Of a stretch of 64,000 nucleotides of DNA, positions 46,462 to 55,855 are shown in pieces. The DNA is taken from the IMG/VR virus record IMGVR_UViG_3300033148_003111. One strand, written 5' to 3'. Position 1 is the stretch's first letter; each line of letters opens with the position of its first letter. The stretch is from an uncultured virus (IMG/VR IMGVR_UViG_3300033148_003111). Lineage: Duplodnaviria > Heunggongvirae > Uroviricota > Caudoviricetes. The translations under genes and the position numbers were made by a program. The notes below the pieces were generated by a model. It was not told the DNA's origin. It saw only the letters and a list, made by a program, of their open reading frames with translations, and made no database searches.

Positions 46462-47727
46462 ATGCTGAGATACCGCAGTCGATACCGGAGTCGCCCCCGT
46501 CGTCGTTCAACACGGCGGCGAAACCCCGCAGGTCCACTCTTGATGATCAATCCTTCCAGGCCCAAACGAAGAAAAAGACGCAAGGCAAGGGCAGTACCCA
46601 AGAAAAGGGCAAGGCCGAAACGCAGGGTGCGGGCGAATCCCCGCAGGAAAACCAAAAGGCGCAGCAAGCCGAAAACCAGAAGGAGGAACAAGCCAATGCC
46701 GAGAAAGAGCGTAAAGCGGTCGAGAGCCGCGAAAAAGGGATGGCGCAAGCGGAAGGGAAATCCCGCTCCCAAGCGCAGACGCCGCCGTAAGGCGGTAACG
46801 AATCCCGTTCGTCGTCGTCGCCGGAAAGGGACGAAGGCCAAGCGGTCAGCAGCCGCGAAGAAGGGCTGGCGCAAGCGCAAGCGGAGCTACAATCCCGTTC
46901 GCCGTCGTCGCCGTCGTCGCCGGAATACGTGGTTCAAGCAACCCATCAGGCACCGCAGAGCTTCTACAAAGGGATGGTTCAAGAGGAAGCGGGGCGGGAA
47001 GCGCAAGACCCGATCCGGTAGCACTTATTATTACCGGACCACGCGGGGCCAGAGGCACAAGCAGCCCCGGAAGTCCAGGGGTGCCTATCGGATGTGGCGG
47101 AATCCCAAGCATTTCATTCGGACCCGCAACCCGAACGGCATCAAGGACATCGCCCTACCCGTGGCCCTCGCCATCGGTGGTCTGGTCGGTGCTTCGCTGC
47201 TAATGAGCAAGCTCCCGGCCACCATCAAGGCCAAGATCCCCACGGTCGCGGGCGTTAACCTGGGGATTTTCGTCCCCGCCGTCGCCGGAATCACCATCAT
47301 GTCCATCCTGACCAAGAAGATGCCCAAGCACAGCAAGCTCTTGTACGGTCTGGGATTCGGCATGGTCCTGGCGACCGGCCTGGGCGTGTACAACACGCTC
47401 ATCGCCCCCAAGATCGGCCTTCCCGCCGCTGGCGCGATGGCCGGTTACGTGACCACTCCGATGAGCGGGTACGTGCGGTCGATGAGCGGGTATGTCCGCG
47501 CCGGTGGGCAGTTGGGCCAAATGGAGGAACACATCCCTCGCACTCTGGGAGCCGCTGTCGAGTATCGCGGCAACACTCCCCCGGCCATCGTACCCCCGAC
47601 GAAGCGGGCACTGGCCTATCAGCCGGAAGCCGTGAAGCCTTACGGCCTCGGAGTACCCACGGAGGAACGTCGGTACAACGAGTTTTCCTGGCGCGGCGTA
47701 TACAGAAACAGCGTATACGAGCAGTAG
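46462..47727 (+). CDS. Arg-rich NP-repeat DNA-condensing core protein with membrane domain
   Basis: About 220-aa R/K-rich region with 8 NP dipeptides and 3 KGW repeats, then 3 hydrophobic helices and MAGYV/MSGYV repeats; AAGGAGG SD. Confidence 0.8.
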   Translation: MLRYRSRYRSRPRRRSTRRRNPAGPLLMINPSRPKRRKRRKARAVPKKRARPKRRVRANPRRKTKRRSKPKTRRRNKPMPRKSVKRSRAAKKGWRKRKGNPAPKRRRRRKAVTNPVRRRRRKGTKAKRSAAAKKGWRKRKRSYNPVRRRRRRRRNTWFKQPIRHRRASTKGWFKRKRGGKRKTRSGSTYYYRTTRGQRHKQPRKSRGAYRMWRNPKHFIRTRNPNGIKDIALPVALAIGGLVGASLLMSKLPATIKAKIPTVAGVNLGIFVPAVAGITIMSILTKKMPKHSKLLYGLGFGMVLATGLGVYNTLIAPKIGLPAAGAMAGYVTTPMSGYVRSMSGYVRAGGQLGQMEEHIPRTLGAAVEYRGNTPPAIVPPTKRALAYQPEAVKPYGLGVPTEERRYNEFSWRGVYRNSVYEQ

Positions 47728-47742
47728 GAGATGAAACCAAGT

Positions 47743-47771
47743 CCAGGGCATCTCATGGTGAGATGTCCTGG
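47743..47771 (+). other. intergenic hairpin
   Basis: CCAGGGCATCTCA/TGAGATGTCCTGG. Confidence 0.5.
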
Positions 47772-47846
47772 CATCAACTTTGACAAAGCCCGTGGCGGGA
47801 CGACACCCGACCAAAACAAAACAGGTTAGGGCTAGGAGGAAGAGAG

Positions 47847-48434
47847 ATGCCTTCACTACCCGGATACAAGGAGCAGATTCATCACGAACTGTTCGACTCC
47901 CTCATCCGTGGCGTCGGCGCGTCCACGATTCAGAACAAAACCAAGCTGTTCGGATCGGGGAACATCGGAAACCCGGCGCTCACCAACATGCAGGAAGGTG
48001 GCCGCTTGTCCAGCGAAGAGGTATTCCTCGCGCTGTCCCTGCGGTTCTACGATCAGTTCGCAACCGGGGCGCTGTATCGCTTCATCGAAGACGGTTTGTT
48101 CTTCACGTTCAACGTGGGCAATAAGCCGATGCTCGGCCCCTTGCCGATTCTGGTTGCTCCCGCTGGCGGCGGGATGTACGGCTATGACGTGAACGCTCAG
48201 GCTCACGTCATCGGCAACGGCTCCCCTGACTGGAACGGAGTGCTCCAGTTGGCGAAGCCCGTCAAGATCGAGAAGCACCAGCACTTCTCGGTCGATGTGG
48301 AGTTCTACGACTTCGCATCCCTCGATGCCGGTGCAACCCCGGCCATCGTTCCCCTCACGGAGCTTAACGACGACACCGGGCTGAAAATCATCAAGTGCTT
48401 CCTGGGTGGAATCCTGGGCCGGAACGTCCAGTAA
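47847..48434 (+). CDS. candidate major capsid protein 1 (single jelly-roll-like)
   Basis: 195 aa, beta-strand periodicity (FFTFNVG, PVKIE..QHFSVDVEF, IKCFLGG); strong SD, C/G-ending codons, flanked by hairpins. Confidence 0.55.
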   Translation: MPSLPGYKEQIHHELFDSLIRGVGASTIQNKTKLFGSGNIGNPALTNMQEGGRLSSEEVFLALSLRFYDQFATGALYRFIEDGLFFTFNVGNKPMLGPLPILVAPAGGGMYGYDVNAQAHVIGNGSPDWNGVLQLAKPVKIEKHQHFSVDVEFYDFASLDAGATPAIVPLTELNDDTGLKIIKCFLGGILGRNVQ

Positions 48435-48473
48435 GCTACTAAGTAGCGATACTGGTCGGTCCTTGAAAATCGC

Positions 48474-48525
48474 GTAGCTACCCCACCCCCGGCATCATCC
48501 CATAGGTGCCGGGGGTGGGAGTTAC
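48474..48525 (+). terminator. strong hairpin after candidate MCP1
   Basis: CCCACCCCCGGCA/TGCCGGGGGTGGG stem. Confidence 0.55.
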
Positions 48526-48618
48526 CTTGCCGATGATGCTTAGTCATGGGACGAGATGGCATCACCAGCAAGCGGCCTGGAGCAACCCAGGCAACCCTCA
48601 ACTAAGGAGGTAGTGGAG

Positions 48619-49194
48619 ATGGGACCACAAGCAGCCGCACTTTTACGCAGACTCGAAACCCGGATGGATCAGATGGAATCCCTGATGAGCAGTCTCAAGG
48701 TTCAGGGCGACCTACCTGCATCTCTTCCCGGTCAATACCCCGGAAAGCCGATTCCCCACACGGAAGGTGTGGAAATCGATGTTGCAGCCAATACGAATTC
48801 CCAACAGGGCAACATCACCATCAGCGCCGATGGTCCTTTCCTCGCCCAGAGGGTTCACTTCGCCTGGAGACAGACCGAGGATGAACAGGCCGCAACCTAC
48901 AACATCTGGCGTCCCATCTGTTCGGTTGATGATCTGGCCGGTAACGTCGGGGTCGATATCATCAACTTCTATTGGGAATATCAGGTCAGCGGTTCCCATC
49001 GGAATCGTCAGAACATCCCGGTCCCCTCGGCATCGGTATGGAGAGCAGAGGAAGGAAACGGGGCCTGGGAGCTTTACGTACAGGATGTGTTCGGGCCGAC
49101 ATCGACTATTACAATGAAGGTTACGCCGACCGTGGCCCCATCGCATTACGGCGTCCTGTATGTCGGGTTCCACGGATGTTACATGCTGGAGTAG
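48619..49194 (+). CDS. candidate capsid protein 2 (single jelly-roll-like)
   Basis: Start refined to MGPQAA; ITISADGPF, TITMKVT, LYVGFHG strands. Confidence 0.5.
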   Translation: MGPQAAALLRRLETRMDQMESLMSSLKVQGDLPASLPGQYPGKPIPHTEGVEIDVAANTNSQQGNITISADGPFLAQRVHFAWRQTEDEQAATYNIWRPICSVDDLAGNVGVDIINFYWEYQVSGSHRNRQNIPVPSASVWRAEEGNGAWELYVQDVFGPTSTITMKVTPTVAPSHYGVLYVGFHGCYMLE

Positions 49195-49207
49195 TTAAGG
49201 AATCGGC

Positions 49208-49915
49208 ATGAAGAAAACCAACCAGGACGTGAGAAAAATCCTGCAAGTAACTTCGACCGCTCGATCCAAGGAGAGGCCGAAACCAGCAGGAATCGCTCAG
49301 ATACAGCGGAAGATCAAACAGGCCGATGTTCCGGTAAGTCTGGCTACCGCTGAAATCCTCGCGGAGCACAAGGGACTTGTCAAGAGGATGACGGCGGGGA
49401 AGCTGGATCAGCACTTCGATGTATTCATCCGTAGCAGCAGGAACATACCGGAAGCACCCCAGAATGCGGCATTCACCTATAGGTTCGTGGAATTCCGCGT
49501 TCCTGAAAAGCAGATTTTCACGTTGCAGAATTACCTGTTTTTCGTGGAAGTCAACGATGATCCGATCAGCAATTTCCATCGGCTCGCAGAACCAAACGAG
49601 CTATTGGGGATTGCCGACTTCCAGATCTACGTGGATGGATCTCCCCCGCTATGGAATCCATACTGGAACAATGCCGCATCTGGTTTCCCCATCACGGCGG
49701 GGCAGATAGATGGGTTCCCGGCCTTGTGCAACGACTTAAATCGGGACTCTGCCCCGAATCACGGTGGAGTGACCATAGTGGTCAAGGGTGGATCGATGTT
49801 CGGGGTTGAATTCAGGAAGTACGTAGGCCAACCTCCCAGGCTCATTGAGAGCTATGGATGTCGCCTACGTGGATTCTTCTCACCTGAATTCTCGGAAGAC
49901 CAGGAAGAAAGGTAA
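49208..49915 (+). CDS. candidate capsid protein 3 (single jelly-roll-like)
   Basis: EFRVPEKQIFTL, IVVKGGSMFGVEF, YGCRLRGFF strands. Confidence 0.5.
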   Translation: MKKTNQDVRKILQVTSTARSKERPKPAGIAQIQRKIKQADVPVSLATAEILAEHKGLVKRMTAGKLDQHFDVFIRSSRNIPEAPQNAAFTYRFVEFRVPEKQIFTLQNYLFFVEVNDDPISNFHRLAEPNELLGIADFQIYVDGSPPLWNPYWNNAASGFPITAGQIDGFPALCNDLNRDSAPNHGGVTIVVKGGSMFGVEFRKYVGQPPRLIESYGCRLRGFFSPEFSEDQEER

Positions 49916-49940
49916 CATATCCTTATAAGGAGGTAGAATC

Positions 49941-50264
49941 ATGGCACAGCATCAGCAAAAGTTGGTTCACATCGCGGACCTGACCAACATCGCGGCAGCG
50001 GGCGCTCAGGCAATCGCAACCGGCTTTCTCATCAACGCCGACAACAACCCGTCACTCGCCGTGGCGCGTCAGGAATGCACTTGCGAGGCCAACGGTGCCG
50101 ATCCTGGAGCGGGATTCCGATGGTGGCTGACCGCAATCACCACCTTGGGATTCACGTTTAACTGGGCCGGTGCCAACGCGGGCGCGGGCGTGAATCTGCG
50201 GATCGTTGCTCATGTGTTCCACTCTATCTGCTTCGACATCAGCAGCGAACAGATCCCGTACTAG
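49941..50264 (+). CDS. small beta-rich structural protein (possible distant MPQAN relative)
   Basis: Similar size; ends LRIVAHVFHSI. Confidence 0.7.
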   Translation: MAQHQQKLVHIADLTNIAAAGAQAIATGFLINADNNPSLAVARQECTCEANGADPGAGFRWWLTAITTLGFTFNWAGANAGAGVNLRIVAHVFHSICFDISSEQIPY

Positions 50265-50348
50265 CGGGTAGATGCAGGTTCTAGCATCTAAGTGTTAGTA
50301 CACAACCTCTCACTAGGATGACGGTTCCGTCATCTTAGTGAGGGTTGT

Positions 50349-50552
50349 TTGGTGATCAGGGAGATTGATATGAACCCCAACCCGTGGATTCCGAAGATTG
50401 ATTCCAAGTTCGACTTCTGGAGTACGGCACAACTCTTGTTGATGGCCTACGGCATCTACTGTCTTGCTGGGAAGGTCAAGAGCTTTATCACCGGGGTTGT
50501 TCCATCGGGCAGGGGTCAGACGATCATGAAGTCGCCGCCAACTCACGGATAG
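50349..50552 (+). CDS. small membrane protein
   Basis: Central hydrophobic helix. Confidence 0.5.
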   Translation: MVIREIDMNPNPWIPKIDSKFDFWSTAQLLLMAYGIYCLAGKVKSFITGVVPSGRGQTIMKSPPTHG

Positions 50553-50561
50553 GAGATTGAG

Positions 50562-51176
50562 ATGGCTTACGATTTGATATATCCAGGTTCGTACAATAAC
50601 TATTTTTACAAGAGATTCATCGCCCAGGAAGGGATGGATAACAACAGTCTTTTAGGGCCTCCACTGAGATTTTCGATGGGAGCCATGACGGAAGACGAAG
50701 GCCGAAGACTGATGCGAGAGATGGAAAACATGCACGCCGAGATGATTTCAAAAAGCAGAGCCATTCCGCAAAAACTCGCGGCCATCAAATCCGGCACCTA
50801 CTTCGATATGTGGCAAAATCTCACCGACCGGGCGAATGGTCTGTACGAGGAAGCACAAGCTGTCATCGATTCATGGGCGCGGATTGATCCGGTAACTCCC
50901 GAATCGCTCACGTACCACTACGGCAAGTACAAAGAGCTTGTCGCCAAGCACAATGCGTTCTACAACCTGGCTACTAAGATTGTCTCGGACCCGATGAACT
51001 TCCAGAAGCAGTTTGAGGAACCGACTACCTGGGAAAACTTAATGGACATGACCATCGCCCAACCCATCGCCGCCATCGGTGGCGCTGTTTGGCCTTTCCT
51101 GCTTTTAGGAATCGCGGGACTGGCAATTTTCATGGGACCGAAAATCATTTCAGCCCTTAAAGGAGGATCGAAATGA
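50562..51176 (+). CDS. helical virion membrane protein, C-terminal TM
   Basis: Ends VWPFLLLGIAGLAIFMGPK. Confidence 0.75.
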   Translation: MAYDLIYPGSYNNYFYKRFIAQEGMDNNSLLGPPLRFSMGAMTEDEGRRLMREMENMHAEMISKSRAIPQKLAAIKSGTYFDMWQNLTDRANGLYEEAQAVIDSWARIDPVTPESLTYHYGKYKELVAKHNAFYNLATKIVSDPMNFQKQFEEPTTWENLMDMTIAQPIAAIGGAVWPFLLLGIAGLAIFMGPKIISALKGGSK

Positions 51177-51778
51177 TCCAACATCAGGTAACAGGCCAGA
51201 ACGATCAAAGCCTTTCCGCACTGGCAAGGCTTTACGGGGTAGGCTGGAAAAACATCGGCAACGCGACCTTCGGAACCTGGGGTGCGTCCACTACATATCC
51301 CTGGTTGCGCGATAACGGCGGTTCTCCCGGTGCCAGCGCAAACGTCCCGACCGGACGGCACTGGTTCTTCTCTCCGGGGATGGTCGTGAACGTCCCGACC
51401 GACAGACCTTCCAAGTCTCCCCCGGATTCCAGCGGATTCCCCGGAGGCCCCAAGGTGGTCGTAGCGGGTCAGGCCGGTGATCCCCTGCCCCCGGCAGAAC
51501 CGGCCCCCGACCAGTCCGCATACGCGGCAAACGAAGAGGCCGCAATCGCCGCCGCCGATGAACAGTCGGGCATGGTGCCTCCCGGCACTCCCCCGGCCCC
51601 GGAAACCACCCCGGCCAAGGCCATCGTCGCCGGTATGGGATGGATGGAACTGTTGATCCTGGGTGCAGCGGCCTACTTCCTGTACATCGGGTACAAGGAA
51701 GACAAGAAGCCCAAGCGTCGGCGCAAGAAGCGCAAGCCCACGCGGAGGCGCAAGACTAGGCGCAAGCGTAGGAGATAG
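51173..51778 (+). CDS. LysM-like membrane protein with Arg-rich tail
   Basis: DQSLSALARLYGVGWKNI...PGMVVNVP; Pro/Ala linker; TM; KRRRKKRK tail. Confidence 0.65.
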   Translation: MIQHQVTGQNDQSLSALARLYGVGWKNIGNATFGTWGASTTYPWLRDNGGSPGASANVPTGRHWFFSPGMVVNVPTDRPSKSPPDSSGFPGGPKVVVAGQAGDPLPPAEPAPDQSAYAANEEAAIAAADEQSGMVPPGTPPAPETTPAKAIVAGMGWMELLILGAAAYFLYIGYKEDKKPKRRRKKRKPTRRRKTRRKRRR

Positions 51779-51779
51779 C

Positions 51780-51965
51780 ATGTACACCTTTGCTTTCGGA
51801 AACGAGCCGCCGCCGACCCCTGCCGATGAAGGCTACGCCAAGAATCACATCGAAGCGGAGGGAGCGGAAAAGGTCGAGGCCGGTGTAGTTCCAATCGGAA
51901 TTGAGATCCCGGTTGCCATAGCGGTAATCGGACTTGTCTGGTACTCTTTTTTGAAAGGCAAGTGA
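51780..51965 (+). CDS. small membrane protein, C-terminal TM
   Basis: Start MYTFAFGN with AGGAG SD. Confidence 0.65.
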   Translation: MYTFAFGNEPPPTPADEGYAKNHIEAEGAEKVEAGVVPIGIEIPVAIAVIGLVWYSFLKGK

Positions 51966-52213
51966 TGATTACATCTAGTTGCGGATTCTGGGAACCTCTA
52001 GGTCAAGGCCCGTTTACCGAGGCCATCGAACAGTGGCAAGCCGCCTGGGATCAGATGTCACCAGAGGAACAACAGGAAACCCAACAGGCCGCGCAAGCCG
52101 CTGGCGTTCCCCTCCCCGAGATGGTCACGGGACGGGTGGGGACATCCCCGGTTGCCAAGATCGCCCTGATTGCCGGGGCGGGCTTGCTTGCTCTTATGCT
52201 GTTCAAGAAGTAG
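51962..52213 (+). CDS. small membrane protein, C-terminal TM
   Basis: Ends IALIAGAGLLALMLFKK. Confidence 0.7.
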   Translation: MMITSSCGFWEPLGQGPFTEAIEQWQAAWDQMSPEEQQETQQAAQAAGVPLPEMVTGRVGTSPVAKIALIAGAGLLALMLFKK

Positions 52214-52222
52214 CGAGATGCC

Positions 52223-52798
52223 ATGTTCCCGATTCTTGCAGATCTCTCAGTAATTCTTGACATCCAGAAGGACAAGAGGCAATACCCTTCCCCGGAGCTG
52301 GGTCCCGATTGGTCATGGGATTGGGGTTGGCGGATTCATCCCATCACTCACGACAAAAAGTGGCATAACGGGATCGATCTACCCGCTCCTAGCGGAACCC
52401 CGATTTTTGCGCCCTGGCCTGGGACCGTATCGAAGGTGGCCTATGATGAAACCAGCGGTCACTACCTCAAGCTCTCGCACGATCCCAGACATGCCGAGGG
52501 TATCAAGGAAACCGCCTATGTCCATCTCAATAAAAAACCGGATGTGAAGAAGGGCCAGGTGGTCACGGCAGGAATGAAGATAGCCGAAGTCGGCAGTACT
52601 GGGGCATCCACCGGGCCGCATCTTCACTTCATTACTCGCGGAGCCACCAAGACCTACGCTGGCGGGATAAACAGGAGAGATACCGATCCCCTCCCATTTC
52701 TGGAGAGATCCTTGGGAAAAGGACTGACGGGGGGGATGATAACAGCAGCGGGCCTGGGCCTCGCGGGATTGATCTACTGGCTGCTTTCAAGGCGATAG
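52223..52798 (+). CDS. M23 family peptidoglycan peptidase with C-terminal TM anchor
   Basis: HNGID, YVHL, STGPHLHF. Confidence 0.92.
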   Translation: MFPILADLSVILDIQKDKRQYPSPELGPDWSWDWGWRIHPITHDKKWHNGIDLPAPSGTPIFAPWPGTVSKVAYDETSGHYLKLSHDPRHAEGIKETAYVHLNKKPDVKKGQVVTAGMKIAEVGSTGASTGPHLHFITRGATKTYAGGINRRDTDPLPFLERSLGKGLTGGMITAAGLGLAGLIYWLLSRR

Positions 52799-52832
52799 GC
52801 CGAGCGATTAAAAAAACTTTCTGGAGGAAATA

Positions 52833-53048
52833 ATGGACTTCATTAAAAAGCACTGGCCACTTCTCACCATCGGCGGGATAGCAATCCTCGCCTTGTCAAA
52901 AGCCAAAAAGAAAGCACCTCCCCCCGCACCTCCGATTCCTGGCATTCCGGGGATTCCGGGGATGGGGATTCCCATTCCGGGCTGGACCCCAGAGCAGATA
53001 GCTCAGTGGAAAGAAGAACATCCCGGCGTACCCATGCCAATCGTTTAG
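52833..53048 (+). CDS. small N-terminal-TM Pro-rich protein
   Basis: TM followed by (PGI)n repeats. Confidence 0.7.
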   Translation: MDFIKKHWPLLTIGGIAILALSKAKKKAPPPAPPIPGIPGIPGMGIPIPGWTPEQIAQWKEEHPGVPMPIV

Positions 53049-53057
53049 GAGACAGAC

Positions 53058-53345
53058 ATGAACAAGATCCTTTTAATCGGTGGCGCAATCGCGGTCTACT
53101 TCTTGTTCATCAAAAAACCAGCGGCACCCGCAGCGCCCGCCGCACCCGGAACACCCGGAACACCCGGAACACCCGGAGTGCCTATGCCGACTCCGGGTTC
53201 CCCGGCAGTAATCCCAGAAGCAGTTGCGTCGATGACCTCCGCACAGTTGGATGAATACATCGATGACTGGATGAGAGCGCACCCCGACGAGCCTTTGCCT
53301 GAATGGTTGATGGAAAAAGGCATAAAAATGGGAGTCATTTACTAG
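53058..53345 (+). CDS. small N-terminal-TM Pro-rich protein
   Basis: TM followed by PAA/PGT repeats; W-x3-HP motif shared with 52833. Confidence 0.7.
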   Translation: MNKILLIGGAIAVYFLFIKKPAAPAAPAAPGTPGTPGTPGVPMPTPGSPAVIPEAVASMTSAQLDEYIDDWMRAHPDEPLPEWLMEKGIKMGVIY

Positions 53346-53504
53346 ATGCCCCGTAAAAAGAACATTCGCCGCCGCCTCGCGGTATCGTACTCCGATTACA
53401 ACCGTAGAGAAGAAGGATTTGGAGTCACCACTATCAAGAAAGTGGATCGAGCTAAAGAACTTCTTGATGAAGCAATCGATCATATATGTGAAGTAGTAAA
53501 ATGA
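53346..53504 (+). CDS. 52-aa basic-leader protein
   Basis: Not in ORF track. MPRKKNIRRRLAVSYSDYN is nearly identical to the start of the next gene. Confidence 0.6.
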   Translation: MPRKKNIRRRLAVSYSDYNRREEGFGVTTIKKVDRAKELLDEAIDHICEVVK

Positions 53505-53812
53505 GAAGAAAGAAAAACATTCGCCGTAGACTCTCGGTTTCCTACACCGATTACAATCATGTAATCCATGAGGCCAATCATCTTGCGGCGGAAATGTTCA
53601 CCCTGAAAAGTCATGTCGATAAACTTATCAAGAGGATGAAATTCCTCCAGAAAAAAGGTCCGGTTTTTCGGGACCAGGACAAAACCGCTCTTGACTTTCT
53701 CTTAGACTTAAGAGAAAAGTTACAAGAGGTTAAGGACGATCATCTTTTGGTTCGAGGAAATCACGTAAGAGGCTCCGAAGGTGAACGCGGTTGGGTTTCC
53801 GTGGAGGAATAG
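53501..53812 (+). CDS. basic-leader helical protein
   Basis: MRRKKNIRRRLSVSYTDYN. Confidence 0.65.
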   Translation: MRRKKNIRRRLSVSYTDYNHVIHEANHLAAEMFTLKSHVDKLIKRMKFLQKKGPVFRDQDKTALDFLLDLREKLQEVKDDHLLVRGNHVRGSEGERGWVSVEE

Positions 53813-53938
53813 ATGCCCCGTCGTACCCGAAACATCGAGACTTACGAACTCGCTGTTCTTGACGCGGTTGAGGAAGTGGCCCGAGAAGAATTGGACCGAT
53901 GTTCAAACTACTTCCACGAACATGAGGAAGACGAATGA
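53813..53938 (+). CDS. 41-aa protein
   Basis: GGAGG SD; MPRRTRNIETYE...; ATGA overlap with the next gene. Confidence 0.5.
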   Translation: MPRRTRNIETYELAVLDAVEEVAREELDRCSNYFHEHEEDE

Positions 53939-54441
53939 TACTCGAACCTACATTCGTTGCTGATTCCGACGAAGATATTTTTGAAGTCTGGAACCTGACC
54001 CGTGATTTCATTGAAGACGATGATATCGTCGTTGACTTCGATGAAATCTTTGACGGACTGGACGATGATGAAGCCGAAGATTTCTATTGTAGTGACGTTC
54101 TCGACTACATGAATGAAGTTGTGTGCTCCGAAAACGGAATCGGATTCGGGGCGCACGTTGAAACCGGAGACATCGGCTTCTGGCCGAAGGAGGAATTAGA
54201 TGAAGAATCAGAAGAGAACCCAGAGGAAGAAGCCGAAGGTGGAATACTTGCCGAGGAAGAAGAACTCCCCGAAGGGGAGCCAATCCCCGAAGTGGGGGAA
54301 GAAGGTCTGCGGAGGCCCGAAGGCAAGGCGGGAGGCGTGGAGGAACGCGGGGAAGAGGGCGAAAAGAAAGTAGCAGAAGTGTTCGATGAGGATGGGGAGA
54401 AGGTGGGGGAAACTTCTTACAAAGTAAAGGAGGAAGAGTGA
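53935..54441 (+). CDS. highly acidic hypothetical protein
   Basis: D/E-rich; FGAH..TGDIGFWP motif. Confidence 0.7.
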   Translation: MILEPTFVADSDEDIFEVWNLTRDFIEDDDIVVDFDEIFDGLDDDEAEDFYCSDVLDYMNEVVCSENGIGFGAHVETGDIGFWPKEELDEESEENPEEEAEGGILAEEEELPEGEPIPEVGEEGLRRPEGKAGGVEERGEEGEKKVAEVFDEDGEKVGETSYKVKEEE

Positions 54442-55073
54442 TGGCCTTTATGAAGCCCCAGATAACCGAGAAGCAGATGTGGGTGATGGTTGACGGTTCG
54501 GCTGGAACCGATATCATTCCCGCAGATCTTGTTGACCTCAACGAAGTAAGAAAAATGAACGAAGAGATCGAAAAATCCCGTGATGGAGTGATACACCTCG
54601 AAGGAACCATATTAGATGAATTCACCGAGAACACCGATGCTTACCAGATCATTATTATCGAAGGCCACGGTGCTCGCCTATCTGCTCCGGGCTATCTGGA
54701 TGCAACCGACTGGACCGTTCACGATACCCCCGAGGAAGCTGAGAACTACCTGGAGGAAACCTTCGGAGATGATGTTCTGGAAGAAAATCCTGACGAAGAC
54801 CCCGAAGACGATGATGACAACCCCCTCGACAACCCCTCCCGCACCACCGTATCCATCTGGTTCGACAAGGACCGTTTCAGGACCGCCGGTTCCGCAAGAA
54901 GCTGGATTCGCAAGTATGGTCGTGACTACAAGATGACTCACTACTCGTCCGATGGTTTCTGGACATTCCCCCAGATGTCCCAGGCCAAGGAACGCAGGTA
55001 TCGCGGCAAGATCCGAAGCAAATACATCTCGGACGGGGTTCTCTTGAAATTCGTCCCGTCGAGATTTATGTAG
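54438..55073 (+). CDS. acidic hypothetical protein with basic C-terminal domain after NP motifs
   Basis: ARLSAPGYLDATDW; EENP...DNPLDNP, then a basic domain. Confidence 0.7.
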   Translation: MMAFMKPQITEKQMWVMVDGSAGTDIIPADLVDLNEVRKMNEEIEKSRDGVIHLEGTILDEFTENTDAYQIIIIEGHGARLSAPGYLDATDWTVHDTPEEAENYLEETFGDDVLEENPDEDPEDDDDNPLDNPSRTTVSIWFDKDRFRTAGSARSWIRKYGRDYKMTHYSSDGFWTFPQMSQAKERRYRGKIRSKYISDGVLLKFVPSRFM

Positions 55074-55078
55074 ATGAA

Positions 55079-55855
55079 ATGCTCTCCGTCATTATCCCCG
55101 CCAGCGGTCCCGACCGTGTTGAGAATCTTGAAGCGGTCCTCTCCTGTCTCAAACGTCAGACCTACCGCGACTTTGAAACCATCGTAGTCGAACAGCGCGG
55201 ACCAGGAAACGAGCAGTATCACCGACAGATCCTTTGTAAATACATCTCAGTCCCTTACCAGCATAAAGGATTCAATAAAAACTGGTGTATGAATGTAGGG
55301 GCGAACATCTCAGCCGGTGACAAACTTCTGTTTCTGGATTTTGACATCGTTTTCGGGGAAGACTATTTCGCGGCCATTATCGATTACCACCGACAATGGA
55401 AATCTCGTCCCTGGTTCGTGGCATGGGATGGCATACATTATTTCAATGAAGCCGAATCCAAGATGGCCATCAAGACAAAACAACTTCACTACCCATCATT
55501 TAAATCGGCGGGGCCGAACCTACTTGCGGCTTGTGGTGGATCGGTCTTTTCCACCCGCGATTTCTTCTTCAAGCGCCTTGGGATGCACAACGAAAACTAT
55601 TTCGGATGGGGATCGGACGATCCCGATACCGCGCTTCGGGCTGTTGACATTCTTGGGGAATTCAATATAATGCCTTATAGAATCATTCACTTACACCACA
55701 CGAAGCAGCAGAGGGGAGAATCAAGAAACGAGAATTACAGGAACTATCTCTCCACAAAGATTCATCCAGGTGAGGTTACAAGGCGATTACTTGCAACAAG
55801 ACTTGGAAATTTCGAGAAGCCGACTGTCGTTAATGTTCTGGATCTAAAAGCGTGA
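55079..55855 (+). CDS. glycosyltransferase, GT2/GT7-like
   Basis: LSVIIP, FNK...NVGA, FLDFD, GWGSDD. Confidence 0.88.
   Translation: MLSVIIPASGPDRVENLEAVLSCLKRQTYRDFETIVVEQRGPGNEQYHRQILCKYISVPYQHKGFNKNWCMNVGANISAGDKLLFLDFDIVFGEDYFAAIIDYHRQWKSRPWFVAWDGIHYFNEAESKMAIKTKQLHYPSFKSAGPNLLAACGGSVFSTRDFFFKRLGMHNENYFGWGSDDPDTALRAVDILGEFNIMPYRIIHLHHTKQQRGESRNENYRNYLSTKIHPGEVTRRLLATRLGNFEKPTVVNVLDLKA

Noticed and set aside
47200..47856. Long antisense and alternate-frame ORFs here and elsewhere (e.g. 14678-15295, 50960-51787, 54008-54634)
   Set aside because: Shadow frames of well-supported genes, lacking RBS and protein-like composition.
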